IMG/VR virus record: IMGVR_UViG_3300032092_000011 | Coordinates: 45,842-109,841 of that record | DNA length: 64,000 bases | Reading direction: 5' to 3' (one strand) | Source of the DNA: a virus | Shown here: piece after piece, positions 20,901-30,429 of the stretch | Numbering within the stretch: the first letter of the stretch is position 1 | How the letters are laid out: each line of letters starts with the position of its first letter | Position numbers and translations under genes: made by a program | The notes under the pieces: generated by a model | Seen by the model: only the letters and a program-made list of their open reading frames with translations | The model's database searches: none | Told to the model about the DNA's origin: nothing

Positions 20901-21332
20901 TTATGCAGCTTGTTTCTGCAAAGACTTTCTCCAATAAGGTAACAATTTATCATGAATGGACTTACCAGCAGAAGAATAGGTAGAAATACCTAATTTCCAA
21001 AGATAGAAATCAATATCCCAACCGCTATCAACAACACCAGCATCAGCCAACCAACGAAGAGCTGTACGTTCATTACCAGCTCCTAAAGCAATGGTCTTTT
21101 TAACAGACTCGTTAAAAGCTTCAACAGCTTTAGCTTCGGCTACAGCTTCAGCTTCAGCATTCTCTTTGCATACTTCAGCAAAACGAGCAAAATCAGCCTC
21201 AAGATCCTCTAAGGACATAGAATCATAATCGATACCACGGGGACGAAAACCATAAGCATCTTTATGGAAGTCAGAATAGATTTGAATCATTTCTTCACGT
21301 GGAGTAAGTTTTGTAAGTTCTGAAGTTGTCAT
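20901..21332 (-). CDS. conserved phage hypothetical early protein
   Basis: YSDFHKDAYGFRPR motif. Confidence 0.65.
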   Translation of the reverse strand: MTTSELTKLTPREEMIQIYSDFHKDAYGFRPRGIDYDSMSLEDLEADFARFAEVCKENAEAEAVAEAKAVEAFNESVKKTIALGAGNERTALRWLADAGVVDSGWDIDFYLWKLGISTYSSAGKSIHDKLLPYWRKSLQKQAA

Positions 21333-21352
21333 AATGTTATTGTTAATTTGTT

Positions 21353-21396
21353 ATATGTAAATATAAACAATTTTCTCCAAACGGTAAAACTTTTTC
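21353..21396 (-). promoter_or_regulatory. class A promoter repeat
   Basis: GTTTTACCGTTT...TTGTTTATATTTACATAT. Confidence 0.65.
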
Positions 21397-21405
21397 ACTT
21401 TATTT

Positions 21406-22008
21406 TTAAAAATTTTTTAAAAAATTTATAGGTTCTTGACGACCAATATTATAGGATGGAATATTAACCTCTTCTCGTTCAGGATGCCATTGAACCCCCA
21501 TGATAGTTTTATCAGGATTAATAAATCCTTCTACTGTGTAATCTAATGAATAATGTGATGGTATCAATTTTCGACCGATAATTGCACAGTGTTGATGGTG
21601 TCTAGAATTTACAATGAATGTCTCTCCATTCTTAATATTCTTTACCCAATGAAATTGAGATAATCTTTCATTATGGCATTCATCATCAGCAAATTGATCG
21701 ATTAGATGGTTTTCTAAAACTCGTTCATTTAAGTTTTCTACAGTTCCACCAAAATGTATGTTGATAAGTTGCATGCCTCGACAAATACCTAAAACTTTAT
21801 ATCCTCCTTCGATTGCTTGTTTTAGCCATTCAAACTCTAATTCGTCTCTAACTTTATTAATTCCAATATCTGGCCCACCAGACAAAATTAGGGTCCCATC
21901 AACTTTATCTCCAGCTGATAGGACCCTGTATTCAATTTTGTTTGCAGCCAACCATTCAATATAATTCTTAAGTTCAATAATTCCTTTAGGTGGTGCGATA
22001 TTTACCAT
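21406..22008 (-). CDS. class I glutamine amidotransferase (peptidase C26/PuuD-like)
   Basis: SGGPD, GICRGMQ, NSRHHQ, VQWHPE. Confidence 0.85.
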   Translation of the reverse strand: MVNIAPPKGIIELKNYIEWLAANKIEYRVLSAGDKVDGTLILSGGPDIGINKVRDELEFEWLKQAIEGGYKVLGICRGMQLINIHFGGTVENLNERVLENHLIDQFADDECHNERLSQFHWVKNIKNGETFIVNSRHHQHCAIIGRKLIPSHYSLDYTVEGFINPDKTIMGVQWHPEREEVNIPSYNIGRQEPINFLKNF

Positions 22009-22012
22009 GGTT

Positions 22013-22240
22013 CTACTTTTTCCAAGTTAATTTACCATCAACATGAATTTCTAAAATCTTAGATGCATCCTGTGAATTTAGAAGTGTGTTGACATATTTA
22101 CTAGGATATTTAATCTTATCATAATCAACCGCATGTGTTTCAAATATAACCCTGACGACTGAACCGCCTGGTTTGACTGAAAGATGATTAGTTCTCATCT
22201 CATCAGTTGGTTGATATAATTTTTTAAACTGTTCGTCCAT
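22013..22240 (-). CDS. hypothetical protein
   Basis: 75-aa ORF overlapping the ligase stop. Confidence 0.5.
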   Translation of the reverse strand: MDEQFKKLYQPTDEMRTNHLSVKPGGSVVRVIFETHAVDYDKIKYPSKYVNTLLNSQDASKILEIHVDGKLTWKK

Positions 22241-23552
22241 TTTCGTATACGTGTTTTATAACTGGGAATCGAAGTGAATAACCACCATTTTGGTTTTGGC
22301 TCTCTTCAAAATACTGAACTGTGATTGTTTTACCAATGATTTCTCCAGGACTTGTGTAATAATGTCTACGTTGTTCTTGACTAAATCCACTACCAACCTG
22401 AACTCGACAACCTTTATGTTCAATTACAACATTTCGCAACATGATTTCTTCAACCTCTTTACCATCAACAATTACTCGGTGAGGACCCATATCAACATCA
22501 ACAACAACGTATTCTTCATCAAAGAATTGTTTAACTTTCATAATATCGTTGCTACGTTTTCCTTGGTATGCTGCATCTTTACGGAGCATTAAGCCTTCCC
22601 ATTTGTTTTGAGTTGCAACTGCAAGGTGTTGTTGAAATTCTTCTTCAGTATCAACTTTAACTTGCTCAAGTGGAGTAACAAAATCTAGTTCTCCAGCATA
22701 ATTTTCAAACCAAGCTTTCATATTTGCTTGGCGTTCACTAAAAGTACGAACTGAAGATTGTGAACTAAATTCGCCAATCGTTAGCATATCAAATACAACA
22801 AATCTTGGTCGACGAATGGTATGATTTTTGCGTTTGATTTCCTTCATGATACCTTGGAAATCTTCATTTCCGTTCTCATCCATGATACAAATTTCACCAT
22901 CAAGAACCAAACTTTGTGGAATTCGACTTAATTCTTGTTGAATAACTCCAAGGGTTTCGAATTCATTTCCAGCGCGTGAGTAGAATTTTACTTCTCCGTT
23001 AGGCTGCATAATACAAATACAACGACAACCATCTAATTTACGACTTACGAACCACCTGTCTGACCACTTTACTTTCTTCTTTGTATCATTATTATAAGTC
23101 GCAGCTAGTGCAACCTCGAATGTCGGAATACATCCAGGAATCACTTTATTAATCATTGATGTAGTTGATCGAGTTTTAAGGTTTCGATCAAGAATCATCC
23201 AAATTATCTCTTCGAATTCAGCATTTTCGCTAACAAACGTATTAACAGCTTGAATGGCGGAGTGGCCAGTGATATTACGATCACAGAGATCATCCAAAAG
23301 ACTAAAAATATTAGTATAGTTGTTTTGTAGACCACGTAGGTCGTTGCGTTTTTGACAATTTTTTGAAGTGACATAATATTGTTTAAAAGGCGAGTAAGTA
23401 TACTCTAGAGCCTTAACAACTTCAGGATATTGAGAAAACTCTTTAATAACTGCAAGTTTGTCAGTGTTAGAGTTTGTCTGGTTTGATTTGTTTACAAAGT
23501 CCTGTAGTAGTTGTAACGTTTTTTCCATATTTATTTTATTTGATAATTTCAA
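22224..23552 (-). CDS. ATP-dependent DNA ligase
   Basis: KLDG adenylation motif, LDGE, EGLMLR, VGSGFS, SLRFP OB-fold. Confidence 0.95.
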   Translation of the reverse strand: MKLSNKINMEKTLQLLQDFVNKSNQTNSNTDKLAVIKEFSQYPEVVKALEYTYSPFKQYYVTSKNCQKRNDLRGLQNNYTNIFSLLDDLCDRNITGHSAIQAVNTFVSENAEFEEIIWMILDRNLKTRSTTSMINKVIPGCIPTFEVALAATYNNDTKKKVKWSDRWFVSRKLDGCRCICIMQPNGEVKFYSRAGNEFETLGVIQQELSRIPQSLVLDGEICIMDENGNEDFQGIMKEIKRKNHTIRRPRFVVFDMLTIGEFSSQSSVRTFSERQANMKAWFENYAGELDFVTPLEQVKVDTEEEFQQHLAVATQNKWEGLMLRKDAAYQGKRSNDIMKVKQFFDEEYVVVDVDMGPHRVIVDGKEVEEIMLRNVVIEHKGCRVQVGSGFSQEQRRHYYTSPGEIIGKTITVQYFEESQNQNGGYSLRFPVIKHVYENGRTV

Positions 23553-23565
23553 TTTGTTTAATTTG

Positions 23566-23636
23566 ATATGTAAATATAAACAAAAAACCCGACATAAAAA
23601 AATGTCGGGTGAAATATTTTCAAAAAGTTATTAACA
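23566..23636 (-). promoter_or_regulatory. class A promoter with embedded terminator hairpin
   Basis: ACCCGACAT...ATGTCGGGTTTTTT hairpin directly followed by GTTTATATTTACATAT. Confidence 0.65.
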
Positions 23637-23864
23637 TTATGCCTTTAAGTACTTCTCAGGTTCTCTAATAATATATTCTTCGGAGCTACCTTCAAATCGG
23701 CCAAAAATCTTGTTTCCTTCGATTTTAGTGATTTCTACCGGCTTTACAACTTTAATATTCTCTTTAGCCTTAGGATCCCATTCCATACCGTGCCAATTAT
23801 AAGTTTTACCAACCTTAAATTTACCTTCATTAATGAAGCTTTCAAATAGTCTAACCTTTTTCAT
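23637..23864 (-). CDS. putative internal head protein with capsid-targeting-like N-terminus
   Basis: MKKVRLFESFINE leader. Confidence 0.6.
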   Translation of the reverse strand: MKKVRLFESFINEGKFKVGKTYNWHGMEWDPKAKENIKVVKPVEITKIEGNKIFGRFEGSSEEYIIREPEKYLKA

Positions 23865-23865
23865 A

Positions 23866-24105
23866 TTAATCTTTTAATGATAAAATTTTCATGTCCAATT
23901 GTAACATTTGATTCTTTAAATGATTCTTTTGGATCTTTAATTGTGTGATTGCCATTTTAACTGGGTCTGGATCTTCATCCTTTCCCATATCTCTTAATGA
24001 TTGTTCTAAATCTTGAAGTTGACTTCTAACATCTGTTATCTTTTGAGATAATTCAGATCTATCATTCTCAAGTATAAATTCCTCAAATAATCTAACAGAT
24101 TTCAT
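23866..24105 (-). CDS. putative internal head protein (coiled coil) with capsid-targeting-like N-terminus
   Basis: MKSVRLFEEFILE leader. Confidence 0.6.
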   Translation of the reverse strand: MKSVRLFEEFILENDRSELSQKITDVRSQLQDLEQSLRDMGKDEDPDPVKMAITQLKIQKNHLKNQMLQLDMKILSLKD

Positions 24106-24665
24106 TAAATCTCTAATTTAATTTTTTCGCCATTTGGTTGACTATAAACTATATATTCTGGATTAACTTGAAATTCCGTACCCTTTAACATATCAACATA
24201 TTTCTGACCAAGACCCTTTTTAATATATGCGATTGTCATGTGTGGATGGTAATCAGGATATGAGTTAGTATGTGGTAATTTACAAAGTGCATCATTACAA
24301 GCATGCAAGAAGTTATTGCCTTCTTCCGTATAACCAACATCAAATTTTAAAACATCATATTGATTTTCAAAAAGAGATGCATTATGTAATTTTAATTTGT
24401 CATATTGAAATTGACTAACAATTTCTTTAATATCATCAACCGTTACTTCTTTGTGTAAACCGTATAAAAGTGTACAATGTGGCTCATCTTCTAAACCATA
24501 AGTTCTGTCTTCATCTTCGGTATAAAGATGATCTGGATTTATTGCGTCATGAATTTTATTAATTTGAGAAAAACCAAAATATAACATAACACAACCATAG
24601 TCATAAGAATCTCCTTTCTTTTCATCGATTGCGATGAATTCTTCAAATAATTTTATATGTTTCAT
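24105..24665 (-). CDS. 2H phosphoesterase (Acb1/T4 gp57B-like) with capsid-targeting-like leader
   Basis: Two HxT motifs: PHCTLLYGL and HPHMTIAY; MKHIKLFEEF leader. Confidence 0.75.
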   Translation of the reverse strand: MKHIKLFEEFIAIDEKKGDSYDYGCVMLYFGFSQINKIHDAINPDHLYTEDEDRTYGLEDEPHCTLLYGLHKEVTVDDIKEIVSQFQYDKLKLHNASLFENQYDVLKFDVGYTEEGNNFLHACNDALCKLPHTNSYPDYHPHMTIAYIKKGLGQKYVDMLKGTEFQVNPEYIVYSQPNGEKIKLEI

Positions 24666-25066
24666 ATCTTTACAAGATTTACTTTAATTTTAGTTTCACC
24701 AAGAGCCCATGCCGTCATTAATCGATGGTGACCATCATAGATTGATATTCCATCTGAAAATTGAACTACATTAATTATTGGTAATTTACCAGGCTCAGCA
24801 ATCATTCTTTTTACTTTATTGGCCTGAATATTTGGTTGAGTTATTTGAATATCTTTTACATTTACTGATTTAACTTTTGCATCTTTTTGGTTAGATTCAA
24901 ATGCCTCAATCACTTCACTCCAAGTATGCTTGCTTTTATCAAAAACACCATCAATTTTTTTGGCATCTTCAAAGGTTGCACCCTTTGGCAAATCATCAAT
25001 TTTTTGATTTGCTAATTCAACCTTTGATTCGTTAATAAATTGCTCAAATAACCTTACGAATTTCAT
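24662..25066 (-). CDS. ParB/Srx-like domain protein with capsid-targeting-like leader
   Basis: ITQP...PIINVV...IYDGHHRLMTA; MKFVRLFEQFINE leader. Confidence 0.7.
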   Translation of the reverse strand: MKFVRLFEQFINESKVELANQKIDDLPKGATFEDAKKIDGVFDKSKHTWSEVIEAFESNQKDAKVKSVNVKDIQITQPNIQANKVKRMIAEPGKLPIINVVQFSDGISIYDGHHRLMTAWALGETKIKVNLVKI

Positions 25067-25803
25067 TATTTCTTTGGTTCTTTTTTATCATAATATTCCC
25101 AAACCTCATCTAATTGTTTAGGATCTACTAACCAACTTTCCCACCAGCCACCTCCAACTTCTTCAACAAGAGATCCGTCTTTTAATTTACGATATTCTTT
25201 CTCGTGAACTGTAATTTTAAAAGTTTTAGGTATAAATGGTAATGATTTAATATATTGAAATGAACCGACCTTTTCATCACTGCCTTCGGTGATAGAAACG
25301 CCATTTCCAGTAAATCCATAATCTTTTCCTTCAGGTACAAATACGATTGCATTCAGATAGTAAGGTTTACCATCTTTACCCTGTTTAAATACAGAACTAA
25401 GTCTTTTATTTTGAAATGTTCCAGTTCCTTCTTCAGCATCTTCATAAACTGAGCAATCTGACCATTCATCATCAGTACATTCAATACCTTCACCAAGAGG
25501 CTCTTGTGCCAACATCTTTTTAATAGTATCAACAATTGCTCCAGCCGTAAAAGGCGCTGAAGCTCCAGATTGACCTGATTGTCCAAATTTATCAACAAGT
25601 GCTTCAATTTCTGGTACAAATTCGGCTATTAAAAGATTTTTACCTTCTTTTTCTGCTTTATCTAAAAGTCTCTTTAATTCAGGATATTTAGATTCATTAA
25701 GAGATTCAACTTGAATCATCTTAATTCCTTCATGCAGAACTTTAACCAATTCCATCCTAATAGAATCCGTTAAAAACTCTTCAAATAATTTTATCTTTTT
25801 CAT
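25066..25803 (-). CDS. hypothetical protein with capsid-targeting-like leader
   Basis: MKKIKLFEEFLTD...SLNES. Confidence 0.55.
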   Translation of the reverse strand: MKKIKLFEEFLTDSIRMELVKVLHEGIKMIQVESLNESKYPELKRLLDKAEKEGKNLLIAEFVPEIEALVDKFGQSGQSGASAPFTAGAIVDTIKKMLAQEPLGEGIECTDDEWSDCSVYEDAEEGTGTFQNKRLSSVFKQGKDGKPYYLNAIVFVPEGKDYGFTGNGVSITEGSDEKVGSFQYIKSLPFIPKTFKITVHEKEYRKLKDGSLVEEVGGGWWESWLVDPKQLDEVWEYYDKKEPKK

Positions 25804-25813
25804 ATACTATATA

Positions 25814-27532
25814 TTATTGTAACATTTTGATACGCCCCTTGACTGATGGTGGCATCTTACCAACTAGGCTTCGGAAACAAGCATCTAAAACATATGTTAC
25901 AGCCCAATCATCTTTACTTCTGACTGATCGACCAACACCTTGTAAAAAACTAACTGAAGTTTTCCAATCATACCAATCTGGAACTTGTGTCATTTTGGCT
26001 TTAATATGTGGAGATCCTAATGATGGATATGGTACTTTAAAAAAGACCTGGAATCGACTAATATCATCTTTTAAGTCTAGACCTTCTAAAATTGATGGTC
26101 CAATTAATATACCATTCTCTGAATTTTTAAACTTATCTAGGGCATCAGCCTTTGATTTAGAGTCAACATAACTAATTAATCGATGTTTCCATTTACTCGA
26201 CTCTAGAATCTTCTGAGTAAACTCGTATGAACCTGTGTGAATTACACCTCGATGTTCATTGTGTTTAGATAGAACTTTATCTAAAATTTCAAGTACGCTG
26301 CCAAAGTTCTTGTCCTTCTCGCGCATTGACATTTTAAATTTATTTACAAATACAATTGGTGATTTATCATAATTAAAATCGTTGTTCAATCGGATAAATC
26401 GGGCATTCTCAATTCCCATAATCCTCATGTAACTGGCCGGATCGCCGATTGTTGCACTCATGAAAACTTTAAAATCAGCCTTTTTATGTAAATGTTTCTT
26501 AATTAACCATTGTTCTTCAATACATGTAAATTCAGCCTCTTCCGCCATTTGATTTGCTACCATTTTGTCAACTCCAACTTGCTGCAAAATTTCAATATAA
26601 TCTTCAAATTTACAATGCATGTCCTTGATTCGATCAAATGAAGTAAAAGCAGATTGCCAGTCCTTTGGAACTGAAGAGTCACCAAATCTTTTCTTAGCAG
26701 TATTCTTAACATCTTTACCAATTGCCAAATAAATTTCAAAGAATTTCTTCAATTCTTCCATTGTCATTAGTAGTTCTGGTTTATTAGTTGATTTTAAGAG
26801 TGTATAGAATATTGACTCAAGTTTATTCTTTGTGATATGTGGTTTATTAAAAGCCCATCTAGCCAAGAATTGATTTAAAGTTTGAATTCTGGTTAAAATA
26901 GTTTTATCAATCTTTGGACTAAAATGATTCTGTACAATCTCATCAATTTTATGCGCCTCATCAAAGAATGCAAAATCTCGTTGTTCAAATGGAGATCCAC
27001 CTTCTTCGGCTCTTTTATCTTCAACATAGTTGCGTTGAATCAGCCAAAAACTATAATTTAATAGTGCAATTCGGCTATTAATTGCCTTATCTCTAGCATT
27101 TAAATATCCACAGTTTGAATAACACGATAACTCTTTGGCCTTTTCGTAACTCATGCCCTTTAATCGACAATCACCAAGGCTGAATGGTAATCCATTCACC
27201 GAACAATCATAATTGTCAACTCCTTTCACTGAACCCCAGGGTAACTTTAACCTATATAAGTCCGATTCGTATTGGTCCTGTAAGCTTAGATCACTAGTAA
27301 TTAAGTAACCTTTCTTACCTAACTCAATTAGAACCAAACTAGTAGCCATGGCAATGATTGATTTACCAGTTCCAGTCGGAGCATCAATTACAATAGTGCC
27401 TTCTGAATCTTCAAAATATGCTTGACAAATGGCTTCAACAGTTTCTCTTTGCCCAGTCCTAAATTGAAAATCGGGCCCAAGTAGGCCCTTCTCCAATATT
27501 TTATCTAATGTTTGTTTTATTTGCTCTTGCAC
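25814..27532 (-). CDS. DinG/XPD-family helicase
   Basis: APTGTGKS, DEAH, SAT, QGVGRSVR; Cys cluster for Fe-S. Confidence 0.9.
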   Translation of the reverse strand: MQEQIKQTLDKILEKGLLGPDFQFRTGQRETVEAICQAYFEDSEGTIVIDAPTGTGKSIIAMATSLVLIELGKKGYLITSDLSLQDQYESDLYRLKLPWGSVKGVDNYDCSVNGLPFSLGDCRLKGMSYEKAKELSCYSNCGYLNARDKAINSRIALLNYSFWLIQRNYVEDKRAEEGGSPFEQRDFAFFDEAHKIDEIVQNHFSPKIDKTILTRIQTLNQFLARWAFNKPHITKNKLESIFYTLLKSTNKPELLMTMEELKKFFEIYLAIGKDVKNTAKKRFGDSSVPKDWQSAFTSFDRIKDMHCKFEDYIEILQQVGVDKMVANQMAEEAEFTCIEEQWLIKKHLHKKADFKVFMSATIGDPASYMRIMGIENARFIRLNNDFNYDKSPIVFVNKFKMSMREKDKNFGSVLEILDKVLSKHNEHRGVIHTGSYEFTQKILESSKWKHRLISYVDSKSKADALDKFKNSENGILIGPSILEGLDLKDDISRFQVFFKVPYPSLGSPHIKAKMTQVPDWYDWKTSVSFLQGVGRSVRSKDDWAVTYVLDACFRSLVGKMPPSVKGRIKMLQ

Positions 27533-28395
27533 TTAATATCTTTTAAATGTTGAATCCAATCTTCTAATTTATGTGTGGGTTTCCAATCTAATAATTCTTC
27601 AGTATCAGATGGAAACTCTTGACTTGTAAATCTTTCGCCACGTCTAGTAGGTATTAATTTATATGGAGTTCCAAACAATTGTGCAACTTCTAGAATTGTT
27701 ATATTTTTACCAGATCTAAGATGCCATTCATGGCAAAGATCTTTATTAGCAACTTTAATTAAACCACTAACAACATCATTAACATGTGTAAAATCTCGGC
27801 TTTGACTTCCTGGTTCAACAACTGTCAATTCTTCATTGTTCATAAATTGACGTTCAAAAATGCCAATCACAGTCGAATAATCGCCTTGCATAATTTGGCC
27901 AGGACCATAAACATTAAAGAAGTAACATATTTCATATTTTAAACCAAACCAGTCACCGTAGTTTTTAATTAATTCAACCATTTTAGCCTTACACCATGAA
28001 TATGGAGAAAGGTTTTCATCTTTACCTCCATTTCCAAATTTAGATGAGGATGCTGAATAAATTAGTTTAGCTCTCCATTCTCGACATAAATTAATAATGA
28101 TTGGTGTTCCTGTTAAAATAGTACGTTGAACATAGTCAATATCATCAAATGATTTAACTATTCTAGAATATTCACCGAAATGATAGACAATATCAAAACT
28201 TTGGTTTCGAAAAATATGGTCAGCTTCCCATGTATGGCCTCGATAATATTCAACCCCAGATACATGATTCTCTTGTTTTCCAGTAAAATAATTATCTAAT
28301 ACAGTAATTTGAGAATCTGGATATTGAGCCCTTAAGGCTTTTATTAAGTTACTACCAATAAATCCAGCTCCGCCGGTAATAAGTATTTTATTCAT
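27517..28395 (-). CDS. NAD-dependent epimerase/dehydratase (extended SDR)
   Basis: TGGAGFIG, YSWCK, FNVYGP, RDFTHV. Confidence 0.9.
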   Translation of the reverse strand: MNKILITGGAGFIGSNLIKALRAQYPDSQITVLDNYFTGKQENHVSGVEYYRGHTWEADHIFRNQSFDIVYHFGEYSRIVKSFDDIDYVQRTILTGTPIIINLCREWRAKLIYSASSSKFGNGGKDENLSPYSWCKAKMVELIKNYGDWFGLKYEICYFFNVYGPGQIMQGDYSTVIGIFERQFMNNEELTVVEPGSQSRDFTHVNDVVSGLIKVANKDLCHEWHLRSGKNITILEVAQLFGTPYKLIPTRRGERFTSQEFPSDTEELLDWKPTHKLEDWIQHLKDIKCKSK

Positions 28396-28414
28396 ATAAA
28401 CATATTGGCATTTG

Positions 28415-28488
28415 TGATCCCGTCAGGATTCGAACCTGAGACCTACTGCTTAGAAGGCAGTTGCTCTATCCAGCTGAGCTACGAGACC
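28415..28488 (-). tRNA. tRNA-Arg(TCT)
   Basis: Cloverleaf; anticodon arm ACTGC-CTTCTAA-GCAGT. Confidence 0.9.
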
Positions 28489-28523
28489 ATTTTGTAAAAA
28501 TACATTATCGTTCTCTAACGAGT

Positions 28524-28811
28524 TTATTTTTTATTCTTTACAGGATCGCAACCGTTTTTGATTGTGTCCATTAATCTTGACTCTAATTTGTCTAATCTTG
28601 AATCTAATTGAGAATGTGTATTACTCTCTAATTCATCTACTCTGCGATTAATATCGTTTCGAAGGTCTTCAATTTCAAGATATAAATCTTGACTTGTGCG
28701 TTCTAATTCTTTTTCTGTTTTTCGTGCCTTAAAGAATCCAACAACAGCAACTACTGCTAATGCAATAACCACCACCGATGACATCCCTAAAACAAATGAT
28801 GTTGTTTCCAT
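28524..28811 (-). CDS. membrane-anchored coiled-coil protein between tRNAs
   Basis: N-terminal TM helix then coiled coil; flanked by a 13-bp inverted repeat. Confidence 0.6.
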   Translation of the reverse strand: METTSFVLGMSSVVVIALAVVAVVGFFKARKTEKELERTSQDLYLEIEDLRNDINRRVDELESNTHSQLDSRLDKLESRLMDTIKNGCDPVKNKK

Positions 28812-28849
28812 AATCTTTATGTTTTTTTATGTCAAAGAACGATAATGTG

Positions 28850-28922
28850 AGCTTCCGACAGGAATCGAACCTGCAACCTATTGATTACAAATCAATTGCT
28901 CTACCTATTGAGCTACAGAAGC
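28850..28922 (-). tRNA. tRNA-Thr(TGT)
   Basis: ATTGA-TTTGTAA-TCAAT. Confidence 0.9.
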
Positions 28923-28951
28923 ATAAATATATAATAACATATTATATATTC

Positions 28952-29401
28952 TTAATAATGAAGGTCGATGAAAAGAAGGTCTTGCTCGTCTTCGTAAAAG
29001 ACTGGTGACCAAGCTGGATGGTATTGTTCTAAAAGCTTAGAATCTTTTAGGTCTTGTATATATTGTTCTGGATCTTCGATTCCAGGATATTCAGGTTCTT
29101 CTCCATTTTTGCGTTTCTCAACTTCTTCCCTCATCTTGATATTTAATTCTTCAGCTTCATAGAATGCATATCCTTTTTTTGGATAAACTCCCCATCCTTC
29201 TGCTTTGGTTCCAGGTGGATAAGTTCCTCCATCTGAAGTTTGCATACCAGAAATATCAATGCCTTCAAAATACTTATCTTCTACACGTTGAATCATAATC
29301 TTAGCGGTCAATGGAATGTTACGTTCTTCAATAAATTCAAGTAAATCTTGAACTGTCATTCCTTGACTTTCAATTATTTCATTTTTACCAATTATCCTCA
29401 T
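28952..29401 (-). CDS. hypothetical protein
   Basis: 149-aa acidic ORF. Confidence 0.6.
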   Translation of the reverse strand: MRIIGKNEIIESQGMTVQDLLEFIEERNIPLTAKIMIQRVEDKYFEGIDISGMQTSDGGTYPPGTKAEGWGVYPKKGYAFYEAEELNIKMREEVEKRKNGEEPEYPGIEDPEQYIQDLKDSKLLEQYHPAWSPVFYEDEQDLLFIDLHY

Positions 29402-29417
29402 TAGAATTAAATATTTG

Positions 29418-29500
29418 TACCTCAGGAGAGACTCGAACTCTCAATGTCTTACGACGCTAGATCCTAAGTCTAGTGTGTCTACCAATTCCACCACCAAGGC
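29418..29500 (-). tRNA. tRNA-Leu(TAG)
   Basis: CTAGA-CTTAGGA-TCTAG, long variable arm. Confidence 0.9.
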
Positions 29501-29507
29501 AAGTTAC

Positions 29508-29562
29508 GGGATGCTGTTTTGCTTTTTCCAATAAAAGTTTGTAAATTTGCTGAAAGCATCCC
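29508..29562 (-). ncRNA. GGAT-stem/CAGCAAA ncRNA family, short member
   Basis: GGGATGCT-TTCAGCAAAT...CTTTT-ATTGGA-AAAAG...AC-AGCATCCC. Confidence 0.6.
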
Positions 29563-29578
29563 TGTATTGTGGCGCTAA

Positions 29579-29791
29579 TTACTTAGCGGAAGGTGCCAAT
29601 GTAGTTGGAGAAACACCAGGAGCAGCAGGATCAACTGTTACAGTTGAATCTGTTGATGTAGAATCAGTTACTACAGCAGTAGAATCAACAGCAGTTGAAT
29701 CTGAACCAGTTGTAGCAGTTCCGCTACCATTACCACAAGATGTCAATCCAATTACCATTGCGATTGCGAAAAGAAAAGTGTACTTTTTCAT
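29579..29791 (-). CDS. small Ser/Thr-rich lipoprotein
   Basis: Lipobox GLTSC; DSTAV repeats typical of Bacteroidota lipoproteins. Confidence 0.7.
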   Translation of the reverse strand: MKKYTFLFAIAMVIGLTSCGNGSGTATTGSDSTAVDSTAVVTDSTSTDSTVTVDPAAPGVSPTTLAPSAK

Positions 29792-29819
29792 GTTTTTGTT
29801 ATTTTTTGTTTATTTGATA

Positions 29820-29847
29820 ATTATATAGGGTACTTAATCTTTGTTTC
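29820..29847 (-). promoter_or_regulatory. class B promoter GAAACAA-N15-TATAAT
   Basis: Exact motif and spacing shared with 36002, 42917 and 58313. Confidence 0.65.
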
Positions 29848-29851
29848 AAGT

Positions 29852-30232
29852 TTATTTAGAAACTTTTTTGAACTCTAAGAATTCAGTTGCCATTACAGCA
29901 TCTCTATAAGTTTTCATTGCCGACTTAAAACTAACAGGCCGGCCTGATTTAGTTACAAGATGCGTAAATCCACCTAAATGATAATCTTCATTAGGAGACC
30001 AAATAAGATAATAATGCTTCTTAATTCTATTTTTAGAATTAAGTTCATATGCTGGAGCCAAAGATCCAGTTCTCCAATCTTCTTTAAGAACGTTAATACT
30101 TTCGGCAAGTGCAACATGCTTTGGTAGGCCAGGACCATAATTGGCCTCAGTCCTTTGATACTCTATTAGAATATCCATTTTACCAATTTTAATGTGTTCG
30201 ATTTTTCTACTCATAATTTTATTATTTACCAA
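29852..30232 (-). CDS. hypothetical protein
   Basis: 126-aa ORF; likely start at MSRKI. Confidence 0.5.
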   Translation of the reverse strand: MVNNKIMSRKIEHIKIGKMDILIEYQRTEANYGPGLPKHVALAESINVLKEDWRTGSLAPAYELNSKNRIKKHYYLIWSPNEDYHLGGFTHLVTKSGRPVSFKSAMKTYRDAVMATEFLEFKKVSK

Positions 30233-30429
30233 GAATCCTCATCTGTTAAATCTAACTCAAGTTTAGTTAAGTGATTGTATACTTTAATAGAAGATCCCAT
30301 ACCGTACGAAGTAACTGACCATGTCATTAGGCCATATTCTCCGAACAGATCTTTAATCTTTTTAGCCCATTCATCAAATTTGGACTATTGTTCGTCGGAT
30401 AATTCGATTTGTATTACTTTATTTGACAT
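30226..30429 (-). pseudogene. small phage protein interrupted by an in-frame TAG
   Basis: MSNKVIQIELSDEQ*SKFDEWAKKIKDLFGEYG...ELDLTDEDSW; TAG at 30385-30387. Confidence 0.55.
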
